Assembly: GCF_963921235.1 (NCBI RefSeq)
Contig: NC_086097.1
Coordinates: 37,946,001-38,010,000 of the forward strand
Reading direction: 5' to 3'
Origin: Mobula hypostoma
Taxonomy: Eukaryota
DNA: 64,000 nucleotides
Shown here: piece by piece, positions 1-12,855 of the stretch
Position numbering within the stretch: position 1 is the first letter of the stretch
Layout: every line of letters begins with the position of its first letter
Position numbers and translations under genes: made by a program
Notes under the pieces: model-generated
Told to the model about the DNA's origin: nothing
The model's database searches: none
What the model saw: the letters and a program-made list of their open reading frames with translations, nothing else

Positions 1-553
1 TGTCGGGAGTTTAATGTGTACTCTAAAATAGAGCAAATATACTTGGCTAATTTGATTACATAATTATAGCATTAATATATGTTCATAATTATCATAAAGA
101 TATAAAACTTATTTCTGATAGATCAAAAACACCTGATTCTGATTTCTGACAGATCATTTGGCTTTTACTCTTTCTAATACTGAGACACAGCACAGCATAA
201 AGCCAAAATATATAAATTATGTAAATGCCACTGACCACTAGGGAACCAAATATAAGCAGAATGAAAAGCTAGAAGAGAATGACCTTCAATTAAAAAAAAA
301 TTCTGATAAATAACCTTACTGATAATTATTCATTATACATTCACAAAAACCCTCACTGCTTCTTCCAATTTTTTCTTGTGGTTTTTCTTCGTAATTTTTG
401 TTGGAAAATTTTGGTATGTAATGATTGATTTTCATATTGAATTAAAGTCTATTTTAGATGCCCGACCTGTTTCAGTAATTTGGTTTTAGTTAAAATGACT
501 CTATATCAATTTATTGGATTGCAGTGATAATAAGGAAACACCTTTCTATCATA

Positions 554-947
554 AGCAACACACACAGAGTGCTGGAGGAACTCAGTAGGTCAGGTAGCCT
601 CTATGGAAAAGAGTAAACTGTTCTCGTTTCAGGCTAACACCCTTCTTCAGGACTGAGAAGGAAGGGGGAAGATGCCAGAATAAAAATGTGGAAGGAGGGG
701 AAAAAGGCTAGGTGATAGGTGAAGCCAGGTGGGTAGGAAAGGTCAAGGGCTAGAGAAGAAGGATTTTGATAGGAGAGGAGAGTGGACAACAGGAGAAAGG
801 GAAGGAGGAGGGGGCCCAGGGAAAGCAGTAGGCAGGTGAGAAGAAGTGAAAGGTCAGAGTGGGGAATAGATGAATTGAGGGGGTATTTGTTCACAGGAAG
901 GAGAAATTGATATTCATGCTATTGGGTTGGCGGGTACCCAAACGGAA
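554..947 (-). mobile_element. Penelope-like element, 3' terminal fragment
   Basis: Begins AGCAACACAC...TGCTGGAGGAACTCAG like other copies; ends in GIY-YIG C-terminal coding remnant; flanked by cctttctatcata (541-553) / ccttactatcatt (948-960), 11/13 match. Confidence 0.85.
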
Positions 948-1755
948 CCTTACTATCATTATTTGGTATGTTTCTCATCAGAATGTATTTCTAGCAGGCC
1001 TTCCTGGTGTGAGAAAAGTGAGATGAATGAGACAAACTCACAAGGTCTTAGTCAAGTTGTTGAAGTGAAGTGTGAATGAGGAAATGCAGTAAAATTCTTT
1101 TTGCTTGTTTTAGCAAAATAATCTGCTAAAGCATAGTATGTTCACAGATTTTCTATTATGCATAGGGAAATCATGAAGTGAGCTTTGACAAAACTAATGG
1201 TCTATACATTCTACTCATAGAATATATGTAACATAGGATGAGGCCATTTGATCCATCATATCTATGACAGCACCCTTCATGACCAACCTTTGGCACATTC
1301 TCCATTGCCCTGAAAGTTTTTCTCCACCATATGTTAACCCAATTTCCTCTTGAAGGCTACCAAGAAACTTGCTTTCACCACAACTCCAGGCAGTGCATTC
1401 CCGATTCTAACCACATACTGCATACAGAAGCTTTTCTTCACATTGCTGTTAATTCTCTTCCCCTTTGTCTCTGACATACATATGCATACACAGCGGATTC
1501 TGCTAATTGGATCACATTGGGACCAGTATATTTTAGCCCAATTAAGCGGCTGCTCCAATTAGCTCATTTCATGGAAAAAGTTAAAATTGTGTAAGAATTA
1601 CAAAAGTACAGTTTAACTGAGTAGCAAATTATGCATTTAAATGAAATACAGAACAAATTAGAATACTACCAATGCTACCATAGAACTATAAAACTGTATT
1701 AGTTCTGAATAGTTATTGATGGAGGAATGCATCCAGTGTATATGCTGTGTATGTG

Positions 1756-3670
1756 TTGTCCAGGAGGGGCAGCACCTCTGGTGAAGGGGCTTGTTGTTGT
1801 CCATTCTGCGGCAGCTCACTCACCTTTGGTCCGCACCAGACACTTTGCTCTCACCTATGGCTCCAAGTAATTACTTTGCCTCCAACTTTCACCCTGCCCT
1901 CAAGTTTACCTGGTCCATTTCCAACACTTCCCTCCCCTTTCTATATATTTCTGTCTCTATCTCTGGAGACAGCTTATCTACTGATGTCTACTATAAGCCT
2001 ACTGACTCTCACAGCTGTCTGGACTATTCCTCTTCTCACCCTGTCTCTTGCAAAAATGCCATCCCCTTCTCCACCTCCGTCTCCGCCGCATCTGCTGTCA
2101 GGATGAGGCTTTTCATTCCAGGACAAAGGAGATGTCCTCCTTTTTTAAAGAAAGGGGCTTCCCTTCCTTCACCATCAACTCTGCTCTCAAACGCATCCCC
2201 CCCATTTCACGCACATCTGCTCTCACCCCATCCTCCCGCCACCCCACGAGGAATAGGGTTCCCCGGTCCTCACCTACTGCCCCACCAGCCTCCTAGTCCA
2301 ACATATAATTTTCCGTAACTTCCGCCACCTCCAACAGGATCCCACCACTAAGCACATCTTTCCCTCCCCCTCTATCTCTGCTTTCCGCAGGGATCGCTCC
2401 CTACACAACTCCCTTGTCCATTCGTCACCCCCATCCCTCCCCACCGATCTCCCTCCTGGCACTTATCCTTGTAAGCGGAACAAGTGCTACACATGCCCTT
2501 ACACTTCCTCCCTCAGTACCATTCAGGGCCCCAGACAGTCCTTCCAGGTGAGGCGACACTTCACCTGTGAGTCGGCTGGGGTGATATACTGTGTCCGGTG
2601 CTCCCAATGCGGCCTTTTATATATTGGCAAGACCCGATGCAGACTGGGAGACCGTTTCACTGAACACCTACGCTCTGTCTGCCAGAGAAAGCAGGATCTC
2701 CCAGTGGCCACACATTTTAATTCCACGTCCCATTCCCATTCTGATATGTCTATCTACGGCCTCCTCTACTGTCAAGATGAAGCCACACTCAGGTTGGAGG
2801 AACAACAGCTTATATTCCGTCTGGGTAGCCTCCAACCTGATGGCATGAACATTGACTTCTCTAACTTCCGCTAATGCCCCACCTCCCCCTCATACCCCAT
2901 CCGGTATTTATTTATTTATATACACACATTCTTTTTCTCTCTCTCCTTTTTCTCCCTCTGTCCCTCTCACTATACCCCTTGCCCATCCTCTGGGTTTTTC
3001 CCCCCCTCCCCCTTTTCTTTCTCCCTAGGCCTCCTGTCCCATGATCCTCTCGTATCCCTTTTGCCAATCAACTGTCCAGCTCTTAGCTCCATCCCTCCCC
3101 CTCCCCTTCCCACTTTCAAATCTCTTACTAGCTCTTCTTTCAGTTAGTCCTGACGAAGGGTCTCAGCCCAAAACGTCGACTGTACCTCTTCCTAGAGATG
3201 CTGCCTGACCTGCTGCGTTCACCAGCAACTTTTGTGTGTGTTGCTTGAAATTCTAGCATCTGCAGATTTCCTCGTGTTTGCGCTCCAAGTAATTGTTTGC
3301 ATGTGACTGTGGCCACACCCCAGTACACTGCTTTGACAGGGAGGCAAAACCAGGCGAGGGTAGCTGGAAGACCTCATACCCTGGTGAAATAGGTGTGAAA
3401 CCAGCTCCAGCAGACTGGGTGGATGAGATTAACAGTGAGATCCAGTGGCCAAGAAGGTGATTCTGCAATGCTTTGTGGACAGTGAAGGCACAGAAGAAGT
3501 CGTGGTTATCCTCTGCAATGAAAGAAGACCCCAGTATGTGACGACTACTCGTACCACTTGACCTGCACTTCCAAGGTCGAGAGAGTCAAACTGTCCTAGT
3601 GCAATGACTTTTCCACTTTAAAACATCCCGCACAGGTTCATTGTCTTTGTCAGATACGACAGACAACCAA
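1756..3670 (+). mobile_element. Unclassified ~500-bp insert (probably non-LTR-derived) interrupted by a Penelope copy
   Basis: 1756-1872 joins 3295-3670 across the Penelope TSD; homologous uninterrupted sequence at about 48710-48890. Confidence 0.55.
1873..3281 (+). mobile_element. Penelope-like retroelement, 5'-truncated (RT C-terminus, GIY-YIG endonuclease, terminal repeat)
   Basis: ORF 2548-2874 has VIYCVRC..CGLLYIGKT..RLGDRFTEH (GIY-YIG); STDVYYKPTDSH RT-thumb motif upstream; perfect 13-bp TSD gctccaagtaatt at 1860-1872 and 3282-3294. Confidence 0.95.
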
Positions 3671-3749
3671 CATGTTGCCATGTTCTTTTGATTGACTGTA
3701 AATGAACAAAATTAGTGCAGACACCTCGTGCAGATAATGGACTGACGAC

Positions 3750-4570
3750 ATTGAATTGAATTGACTTTATCACTTACATGAGGAGTAAAAATCTTTACGT
3801 TATATCTCCATCTAAATGTGCAATGTGCAATTTATAGTAATTAATAATAAATAGTACGTACAACAGGACAGTCAATATAACATAGAAATACAAATGTAGC
3901 AGCATGAATTAATCAGTCTGATGGCCTGGTGGAAGAAGCTGTCCCGGAGCCTGATGGTCTTGGCTTTTATACTGTGGTACCGTTTCCCGGATGTAACAGC
4001 TGGAACAGTTTGTGGTTGGGGTGACTCAGGTCCCCAATGATCCTTTGGGCCCTTTTTACACACCTGTCTTTGTAAATGTCCTGAATAGGGGGAAGATCAC
4101 ATCTACAGATGAGCTGGGCTGTCTGCACCACTCTCTGCAGAGTCCTGTGATTGAGGGAAGTACAGTTCACAAAGCAGGCAGTGATGTAGCCAGTCATGAT
4201 GCTCTCAATTGTACCCCTATAGAAAGTTCATAGGATTCAGGGGCACATACCAAATGTCTTCAGCCATCTGAGGTGAAAGAGGCGCTGTTGTGCCTTTTTC
4301 ACCAGACAGCCAGTATGTACAGATAACGTGAGATCCTCGATGATGTGTATGACGAGGAACTTAAAGCTGTTCACCCTCTTAACCCCAGATTGATGTCAAT
4401 AGGAGTTAGCCTGTCTCCATTCCTCCTGTAATCCACAATCAGCTCCTTTGTTTTTGTGACATTGAGGGAGAGGTTGTTTTCTTGACACCACTGTATCAGG
4501 GTGATGACTTCTTCTTTGCAGGCTGCCTCGTTACTATTTGAGATGAGGCCAATCAGTGTAGTGTTGGCAG
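3750..4570 (-). mobile_element. Rex1/Babar-type LINE, 5'-truncated
   Basis: WCQENNLSLNVTKTKELIVDYRR and RLRDSFFHQAIRLIN motifs; AATAAA-like signal and (ATTCA)n tail. Confidence 0.85.
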
Positions 4571-6444
4571 TAATACTTTTGACGATCGCATCCTCCAAAA
4601 CTGCACCTTCATTGTAACATTCAAGATGGTTGTCACTATCTTCAAATTCTTCGTAGTTCCAAACTTATTGAACTAGTGAAATGGTTTCATTTTCTCTCCT
4701 GGCCATTTCTGGCATCTCCAAGCCTGAATACTTGAACCTATAGTGCTCATAGCGAGCAAAACAATTCTCAATTGTCTTACTGCTGATTTCTCACCAATTA
4801 TTAGCAACAAAAATCACTGCTTTTTGAACAGAAACATACGCAACCAACACTATTTAAAAGCTGCTTGGTTTAAGCACAGTGTAATGTTTAAGGGCCACAC
4901 AAGTTCACATGACTGAAACTAGTTAGAAACCGTTCAGCAATAGTTTCCTGTCCCAATTAAGTGGCACAGTGTCCCAAGTAAATTAGGGGAATCTTGCTCT
5001 TTTCTTTATTAGGTTTTGTTCTTTAAGAGTTGTCCCAAATAAGCAGCGCCCTGATTAACCAATGGGCCAATTAACCGGAATCCACTGAGTATATACAGCC
5101 TCCCACTATACTCTCTCGAGGACCTTTGTCATTTTAAAAAGATGCATCAAATCTCCCCTCTTTTCCAAAACAAACAGAATCAGTCTCTAATCTATCAATG
5201 TCATTGTGGGCCCTCATCCCAGGAAGTGGGATCTTTTCTGAATCCTCTCCAATGCATTCACCCTTATACTCAATATGGTGACCAGAGCACAACACAACAG
5301 CAGTGGCCAAACACTGCTTTATAAAGGTCTAGCATAACTTCCCTTCTTTTATAGTCCATGCCCCTATTGATAGAACCCTAAATTGTGCATATCTGACTAT
5401 TATTATCATTTTCTCAATCTGCCCTGCCACTTTTAACAATATGTATCCATATTCCCCTGCTCCTGCATCTGTTTCAGAAAGTTATCTTTTATTTATATTG
5501 TCTCTCCTCATTTGTCCTTCGAAGTGCATCACCCTACATTTCTCCGCATTAAATTTCATTTGCTGTGCGTTGCTATGAAATAAAACCGTTTAACAATTCA
5601 TACCTGGCCTTGTTTTACCAGGTGTTTTTTTGTTTCATCGATGCAAAGATTGGAGAAGCTAATGGAGTTAAGAGCAAGGAGCACAAACATCTGGTTATAG
5701 TTGCAAGGTAGTTTAATGTTTAACCCCTTGAGTACACTGTAGGCATTGAGCAGCGAGGACGTATTCACACCTATTAGATAATAAGGTTATATTTTTAAAA
5801 AATGAACTCAATCTTGAAATTTCCATCCTTTTTAAAAAAAATTCCCCTTGGATTCATCTTTCTTGGTCTGTAATCTCTCCCAGTGCTATAATTCTCAGAG
5901 ATATTTCTGCTCCTCCAGTTCTGGCCTCCTTATCATGCATTAATTATGTCACTTCTGCACTGGCAGCCATGCTTTCAACTGTCAGGAACCGAAGCTCTGG
6001 TATTTCAACCCTAAGTCTCTTTTTAAAACCTTCATATCTGACCAAACTTTCGTACCTCTCTCCTAAAATCTCTCATGCCAAATTTTGTTTGATTATTCTC
6101 CTGTCAAATAGCATAACACATATGCAAGTAGAAACATTTTACTAAATGTTGCTGCAGTGCTTTACTGCAGCCTTATAGCTTCTTGTATTTTGCCTTTGTA
6201 AACACCAATGCAGATGATATTTCTTGGAGATGATATATTCTGTTCATAATTTGATATGCAAGGTTCTTTTGTCATATGCTGCATGTAGTAAATAGTGAAT
6301 ATTGGACTTTAGTAAATCTTACATTGAAGGTGCTATATACATACATACAATTGCAGTGGTCATAATAGAAATACTACTCACGTGCCTATCCAATTAAAGG
6401 GAGTTATAGTTCTATAACTATATAGTTCACAAGTATATAGGGTC

Positions 6445-7615
6445 ATAAAGAAAGCTTTTGGCATATTGGCATTTATAAAACAAAATATTGAATCCAGGAG
6501 ATAAGACGTTATGTTGAAGTTGTATAAGACCTTGGTGAGGCATAATTTGGAGTATTGTGTGCAGCTTTGGTCACCTACCTATAGGAAAGATGTAACTAAG
6601 TTTGAAAGAGCAGAGAGAAAATTCACAAGGATGTATAAGGAGGACCTGATTGAATAGGTTAGGACTTTTTTCCTTAGAATGTAGAAGTTTGTGAGGAGAT
6701 TTGATAGAGGTATACAAAATTATGAGGGGTGTAGATAGGGTAAATGCAAGCAGGCTTGTTCCAATGAGGTTGGGTGGGACTACAACCGGAGGTCATGGGT
6801 TAAGGGTAAAAGGGGAAAAAGTTAAGGGGAACATGAGATAAAAATTTCTTCACTCAGAGGTTCGTGAGAGTGTGGAATGAGCTGGCAGAGTGAGTGGTAC
6901 ACAAGAGCTTGATTGCAATGTTTAAGAGAAGTTTGGATAGGCACATGAATGGTTGGTATATGAAGGGCCATAGTTCCAGTGCAGATTGATGGGAGTAGGC
7001 AGCTTAAATGTTTTTGACATGGGCTAGATAGGCCAAAGGGTCTGTTTCTGTGATGTACCTCTCCATGACTCTATGACCCTGACTGTTGGAGAATTAGAGA
7101 CGTTATGTTACAATTTTACAGGGTGTTGGCAAGGCGACACCTGGAGTGTTGTGCACATGTTTTTGTCTCTTTACCGAGAAAAGGATGTAATGGCTTTGGA
7201 GCTCAACCAGAGGTGGTGGCTAGGCTAATTCTTGGGATGGCAGGATTGTGTTGTTAAGAGTCACTGCACAGATTGGGCCGTTACTCCTTGTTGTTTAGAA
7301 GAATGAGGGGTGATCACATTGAAACTGAGGAGACATGTTATGATCAACGTTGAAATTATTTTCACTGGGAGAGTCTTGAATAAGGGGGTATAGATACAAG
7401 AATAGGGGCCAGTCATGTAAACAGTGGAGTGTAGAGGGTGGCGGTGGTCAAATGTTTAGAAGTATTTAAGGTGGTGGTAGATTGGGAAAAGAATAGAGGA
7501 TTAAAGGCTATAGAGTACTAACTTGGAAGGGAAACTAAGGCAGATTAGCCATGATCATATTGAAAGGCATGGCAAACTTGAGAGGCCAGATGGTTTACTC
7601 CCACACCTATTTTCC
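6445..7615 (+). mobile_element. Two tandem degenerate CR1 LINE 3' fragments
   Basis: KAFGILAFI, LYKTLVR.NLEYCVQ.WSP, RGDLIEVYKIM motifs; 3' end CTCCATGACTCTATGAC near 7075; an older copy follows at about 7090-7615. Confidence 0.85.
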
Positions 7616-7659
7616 GGCATACAATACCCCAAGTCCATATGCTTTAATTCTGCACACTA

Positions 7660-8410
7660 ATCTACTATTTGGGGCCTTGTCACAAACCTCCTGAAAGGCA
7701 CAAATTAACTTGTCTTCATAATGACAGATCTCCTTGTGTTCATGACAGACTTGGTAGAAATGACCACTGCACTGTTCTTGTGGACACTACACTGTTCTTC
7801 GCATATAGAACATTTTCAAATGTTTTGTGAAGTTCATCCAACATGCTAACTGGGATAGACTGAACAGATCTGGCAGCTAAAATTAGGCATCCAAAAAGCA
7901 CCTTGTGCCATAAGCTGCAACAGAAATGTACAACAAAGTAATTTGTTACCACTTGTCCCTCATTCTACCATTACTATCAAACCAAGGGGTTAACACTGGT
8001 TCAACAAGTGCAGATGGGCATGTCAGGATCAACCCTATACCTAAAACTGAGACTTCAGCCTAATGAAGCTGGAGAAGAGTGCTAAGTAGCAAAGCAAGCA
8101 AGCTACAGGCCGAACTCATGAGGCTGAACAGGAAACACTGAAGGACAGCTGTTTTACTGCATGAATACTGGTGTAAAATTAAAGCTAATATATGAGGAGG
8201 ATCTAGACATATCCTCACATGAGTGCTAAAGGATAGACTCACACATTTGCAACCAAGTTCAGCAGGAAGTGAACCATCTCAGCTTCTTGCTGAGATCCCT
8301 GCCACCAGCAAGTGCAGGAAAGGCTATGCAGTATCCCATCTGTTGTGCTGAAGACTTGGACTTCAGAACCTGCTGCACCTTGTGCACAGCTGGGGCACCC
8401 TCCCTCAACT
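7660..8410 (+). mobile_element. Highly degenerate LINE ORF2 fragment (endonuclease-RT linker, CR1 clade)
   Basis: Remnant motifs DH.TVLV and IPSVVLKTWTSEPAAPCAQL (cf. IPAVVLKTCAPELAAPLAKL of LINE ORF2), many stops. Confidence 0.6.
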
Positions 8411-9011
8411 ATCTGGAATTCTGCCAGATTCTGTGGTAAATCCGTAGAATTCACTGCCACGGACGGCCGTGGAGGCCAAGTCATTGAGTATATTTAAAGC
8501 AGAGGTTGGTAGGTTCTTGGTTAGTCAAGAGTTAGTTAGCAGAGAAGGCGGGAAGAAACGGGGTTGAGAGGGATAATAAATCAGCCGTGATGGAATGGCA
8601 GGGCACACTCATGGGCCGAATAACCTAACTCTACTCCTATGTCTTACGATCTTATATTGTGGTCACAAATTCCTTAACCACAAGATCTCTCACTGATGGT
8701 AAACAGACAGGAAACAAAGGATAAATACTGTAGGTACTGTCTGTGTAGCCACAAACAAGAGAACATCTGCAGATGTTGGAAATCCAAGCAAATCACACAA
8801 AATGCTGATGGAACTCTGGAGGCCAGGCTGTGTAGCAGCCAGTGACAAATGGTTTACTGCAGAGATCAATGCTTGGACCCCAGCTGTTCACAATTTATTA
8901 AGTGATTTAGGTGAGGGACTTAAATGTACTGTTTGCAAGTTTGTGGAGAACACAAACTGGGCAGGATTTTGACCTGCGAGGAAGATACAGAATGATTTGA
9001 ACAAGATGAGT

Positions 9012-9937
9012 GAATTGAATTGATTTTACTTCTTACATCCTTCACAAACATGAGGAGTAAAAATCTTTATGTTATGTCTCAGTCTGTGCAACTTATAGTA
9101 ATTTGTAATAAATAGTATGTACAATAGAACAGTCAATATAGCTTAAAAATACTATTGTGTCAGCGTACATTAATCAGTCTGATGTCCTGGTGGAAGAAGC
9201 TGTCCCGGAGCCTGTTGGTCCTGGCTTTAATGCTGCGGTACTGTTTCCCAGATGGTAGCAGCAGGAACAATTTGGGGTGACTCAGGTCCCCAATGATCCT
9301 TCGGGTCTTTTTTACACACCTGTCACTGTAAATGTCCTGAATAGTGGGAAGTCTGCACCACTCTCTGCACAGTCCGGCGACTGAGGAAAGTACAGTTCCC
9401 ATACCAGGCAGTGATGCAGTGGGCTAGGATACTCTCAATTGTGCCCCCTTAGAAAGTCCTTAGGATTTGGAGACTCATGCTAAGCTTCTTCAATTGTATG
9501 AGGTGAAAGAGGCGCTGTTGTTCTTTTTTCACCACACAGCTGGTATGTACAGACCACGTGAGGTCTCAGTGATGTGTATACTGAGAAACTTGATCCATTG
9601 ATGTCAATAGGGGCTAGCCTGTCCACGTTCCTCCTGTAGTCCACAACCAGCTCCTTTGTTTTTGTGACATTAAGGGAGAGGTTATTTTCTTGACACCACT
9701 GTATCAGGGTGATGACTTCTTCTCTGTAGGGTGCCTCGTTATTTTTAGGGACAAGCCCGATCAATGTAATGTCATCTGCAAATTTAATTAACAGATTGGA
9801 GCTGTGGGTGGTGACACAGTCATGGTTATATAGAGAGTAAAAGAGGGGGCTTAGTACACACCCCTGAGGGGCTCCTGTGTTGAGGATCAGAGGGGCAGAG
9901 GTGAGGGAGACCACTCTTACCACTTGTCAGTGATCTG
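9012..9937 (-). mobile_element. Rex1/Babar-type LINE, 5'-truncated
   Basis: ORF 9480-9923 has GAPQGCVLSPL and KFADD RT motifs; (ATTCA)n tail at 9012. Confidence 0.92.
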
Positions 9938-10236
9938 CGTGGGCTAATAAATGGCAGATGTAGTATAATGTGGAAAAATGCACAATGTACAGTTTGCTTG
10001 TAAAAACAGAACCACAAATTATTATTTGAGTATAGCATTTCACTAAACATGTCAATGTACATGAGACAAATAAAGCTAATCTTTATCTATTATGCACAGA
10101 GAGACTTAAGAGTCCTTTTGCACCAGTTGGTGAAAACAAGCATGAAAAAGGCAAACAGTATGTTGACCTCCATAGTGAAAGGATTTGAGAGCTCGCCTTG
10201 AATATTGTATGCAATTTTGGCCTCTTTAACTGAGGA

Positions 10237-10995
10237 ATTTGAATTGAATTGAATTGACTTTATTTCTTTACATCCTTCACATACATGAGGAGTAAAAATC
10301 TTTATATTACGTCTCTCTCCATCTAAATGTGCCATGTGCAATTATAGTAATTTATAATAGATAGAACAGTCAATGTAAAATAGAGTACACTCAAATCACC
10401 GTGAGTTCATCAGCCTGCTGGAAGAAGCTGTCCTGGAGCCTGTTGGTCCTGGCTTTTATGCTGCAGTACTGCTTCCCGGACAGTAGCATTTGGAATAGGT
10501 TGTGGTCGGGATGGTTTGGGTCCCCAATGATCCTACGGGCCCTTTTTACACATCTGTCCTTGTAACTGTCCTGAATCATGGGAAGTTCACATCTACAGAT
10601 GTGCTGGGCTGTCCGCACCACTCTCTGCACAGTCCTGTGATTAAGGGAGGTATAGTTCCCATACCAGGCAGTGGTGCAGCCAGTCAGGATGCTCTCAATT
10701 GTGCCCCTGTGGGAAGTTCTTAGGAATTGGGGGCCCATACCAAACTTCCTCAACTGACTGAGGTGAAACAGGTGCTGTTGTGCCTTTTTCACCACACAGC
10801 TGGTGTGTACAGACCACGTGAGGTCCTCGGTGATGTAGATGCCGAGGGACTTTAAACTGTTTATCCTCTCAACCCCAGATCCATTGATGTCAATAGGGGT
10901 TAGCCCGTCTCCATTCCTCCTGTAATCCACAACCAGCTCCTTTGTTTTTGCGACATTGAGGGAGAGGTTGTTTTCTTGACACCACTGTGTCAGTG
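10237..10995 (-). mobile_element. Rex1/Babar-type LINE, 5'-truncated
   Basis: 205-aa ORF 10391-11008 with WCQENNLSLNVAKTKELVVDYRR, IESILTGC.TAWYGN; (ATTCA)n tail; gagga on both flanks. Confidence 0.92.
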
Positions 10996-12439
10996 AGAGG
11001 AAAGGCATCCTTGCTGCTGAGGCAGTTCAGCAAATGTTCAGTAGAAGGCCTGACATATGAAGAGGTTGAGGTGATTGGACATATATTTCACCAGAGTTCA
11101 GAACAGTGAATGGCAATCGCATTAAACTTGTGAAATTGTAAGAGGATGGGACAAACTAATGTAGGTAGGATGATCTTTATGGCGAAATTTAGAACCAAGA
11201 GTCACAGACTTAAGATATGGGGTATGTGATTTAGGACAGAGATCGGGAGAAATTTTTTCAACGAAAAAATGACAAAGTTGTGGAATTCTCTATCACAGAA
11301 GGCAGTTGAAGCCAAATCCTTAATTATATGCGAAAACAACTCAGAAATTGTTCTAGTGGCTAAAGAGACTAAGGGATATCAGAAGAAGGCAGCAATATAT
11401 TACTGAATTTGGATGATCAAATATTGTAATGAAGCAGGCTTAGAGGGCCAAATGGCCTATTCCTACTCCTATTTTCTATGTTGATTCACTTGTTATCTGT
11501 CAAATCTGGCAGCTATATCCTTCAAGTTTCAGTTACTTCAGCAAGTGGTAGTCTGTCTACCCACTCTAAAGACAATGAAGACCACACCCAGAGTACATTC
11601 TGTGTTCGCTTCTCCTGAGTGCTGTTCAACATGGAGTTCTCCCAATTTTTCAGCTGAGAGGGAACAGTGTGGGTAATCAGGAGTATATTTCCAAGTCCAT
11701 TCTATTTCCAGAACATTGGCAAGTTGTATGCAGTTTCTTTTATACCTTATAACTTTTTAAGCAATCTGGGTTGCTACTGATCAAGGACCAGAAAAGTAAT
11801 AGAATGGAAGAAGCAGCTTCCCAATTTTGTCTGTACTTTATTTTCGGTTTCCTGATCATGAATATTTTAATAGGAAACTGACAAGTCTTTTTTTTGTCTG
11901 GGTGGGGGTGGGGTGGGGAGGAGGAGGGTTTAATAATGGGAATTGAAATAAATTGTCTTTTTTTTAATTCAATGCAGCCATATTTAGTACAGTTCATGAG
12001 CATTGCAAAGGTCCGAAAAAGGAAAATGTAAGATGGTTTCGTTCCTTGAACTTTCCACCTAGATATGTGGTGAAGGGAATTAAAAAAAAACTCCACCCAG
12101 ACAAAAGAAGGCTACAAAGGGCGTATCTCTTATTCCCGTCAAAATTCCACTAGACTAGTTCTGATGGGTGGGGCATGAAATGTAATGTGCAAATGCTACA
12201 AATCGGCTAATTTTCATCCCCAAGGAAAGACGTTAAACAAAGATTATCTGGGTTTCGGTTAGGTAACTGAATTGTTAAATAATTTATACGCAAGCAACTT
12301 CTTGTACAGTCAAGTATACAAGTTCAGCCATCGTAGTTTTTATTGCTTCAATAATCTTAAATACATTTATCACCTTTAAGCTTTCTTTATGGAAAACACA
12401 AAATATGAACATGTAGATTTAGTTATAAAGAGAATGATT

Positions 12440-12632
12440 CCCAGCATCCACTTCAATCTTTCAGTTCATCCTCCCACAGCTGACGTCAGGGTAGAAACCT
12501 TGAACCAAACAAGCCATTTTCACATGCGTACAAGCTCCGGACTGAGAGGCGGGGATTAGGAGTGGGAACAGTTGCACAAAGAGACCAAGTTCTTTAAAAA
12601 ATACGCACCACCTTGCAATCCATCCTTCCGTC
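12440..12632 (+). promoter_or_regulatory. CpG-rich promoter / 5' UTR of host gene
   Basis: Perfect CRE TGACGTCA 12481-12488, GC box GAGGCGGGG 12546-12554, TATA-like TTTAAAAA 12593-12600; only non-repeat CpG-rich zone in the window. Confidence 0.7.
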
Positions 12633-12855
12633 ATGGCGAGCGACCCTTTCGTCCAGCCGTTTCCAAAGGGACAGTGGAGCGAAGGAGAGGAGCCCGAGCA
12701 GGCGGACTGGAGCGCTGACAGCGGTCCGCAGGCAAGGGCGGCAGTCACTGGCGGGGATGCAGCTGCTGCAGCCGAAAGCTGGCGAGCCGAGGTGGATCAG
12801 CCGCTAGTGCCAGACTCTAGGGGACAGCCTGTTACCAAGGCAACTGCATCCGCAG
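12633..12855 (+). CDS. RTN1: First coding exon (74 codons + 1 nt, phase 1) of a reticulon-1-like gene
   Basis: Strong Kozak gtcATGG; donor CAG|GTAAAG at 12855/12856; peptide MASDP..KGQW...QPVTKATASA resembles recalled human RTN1-A exon 1 (..GSQW...SPVAMETAST, also phase 1, long first intron). Exon status is more certain than the gene name. Confidence 0.62.

Larger units (their letters stand above)
1491..5087. mobile_element. Non-autonomous TIR DNA transposon (Tigger/pogo-like) split by nested insertions
   Basis: TIRs CAGCGGATTCTGCTAATTGG (1491) and CCAATTAACCGGAATCCACTG (ends 5087); own pieces about 1491-1750, 3672-3748, 4580-5087; second partial copy at 48429. Confidence 0.7.
8830..11480 (+). 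mobile_element. Old CR1 LINE interrupted by two Rex1/Babar insertions
   Basis: CR1 RT remnants at about 8830-9011, 9938-10236 and 10996-11480 are colinear (GSMLGP, KF.EN TKL, WANKWQM, LEYC.QFW, 3' UTR). Confidence 0.75.
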
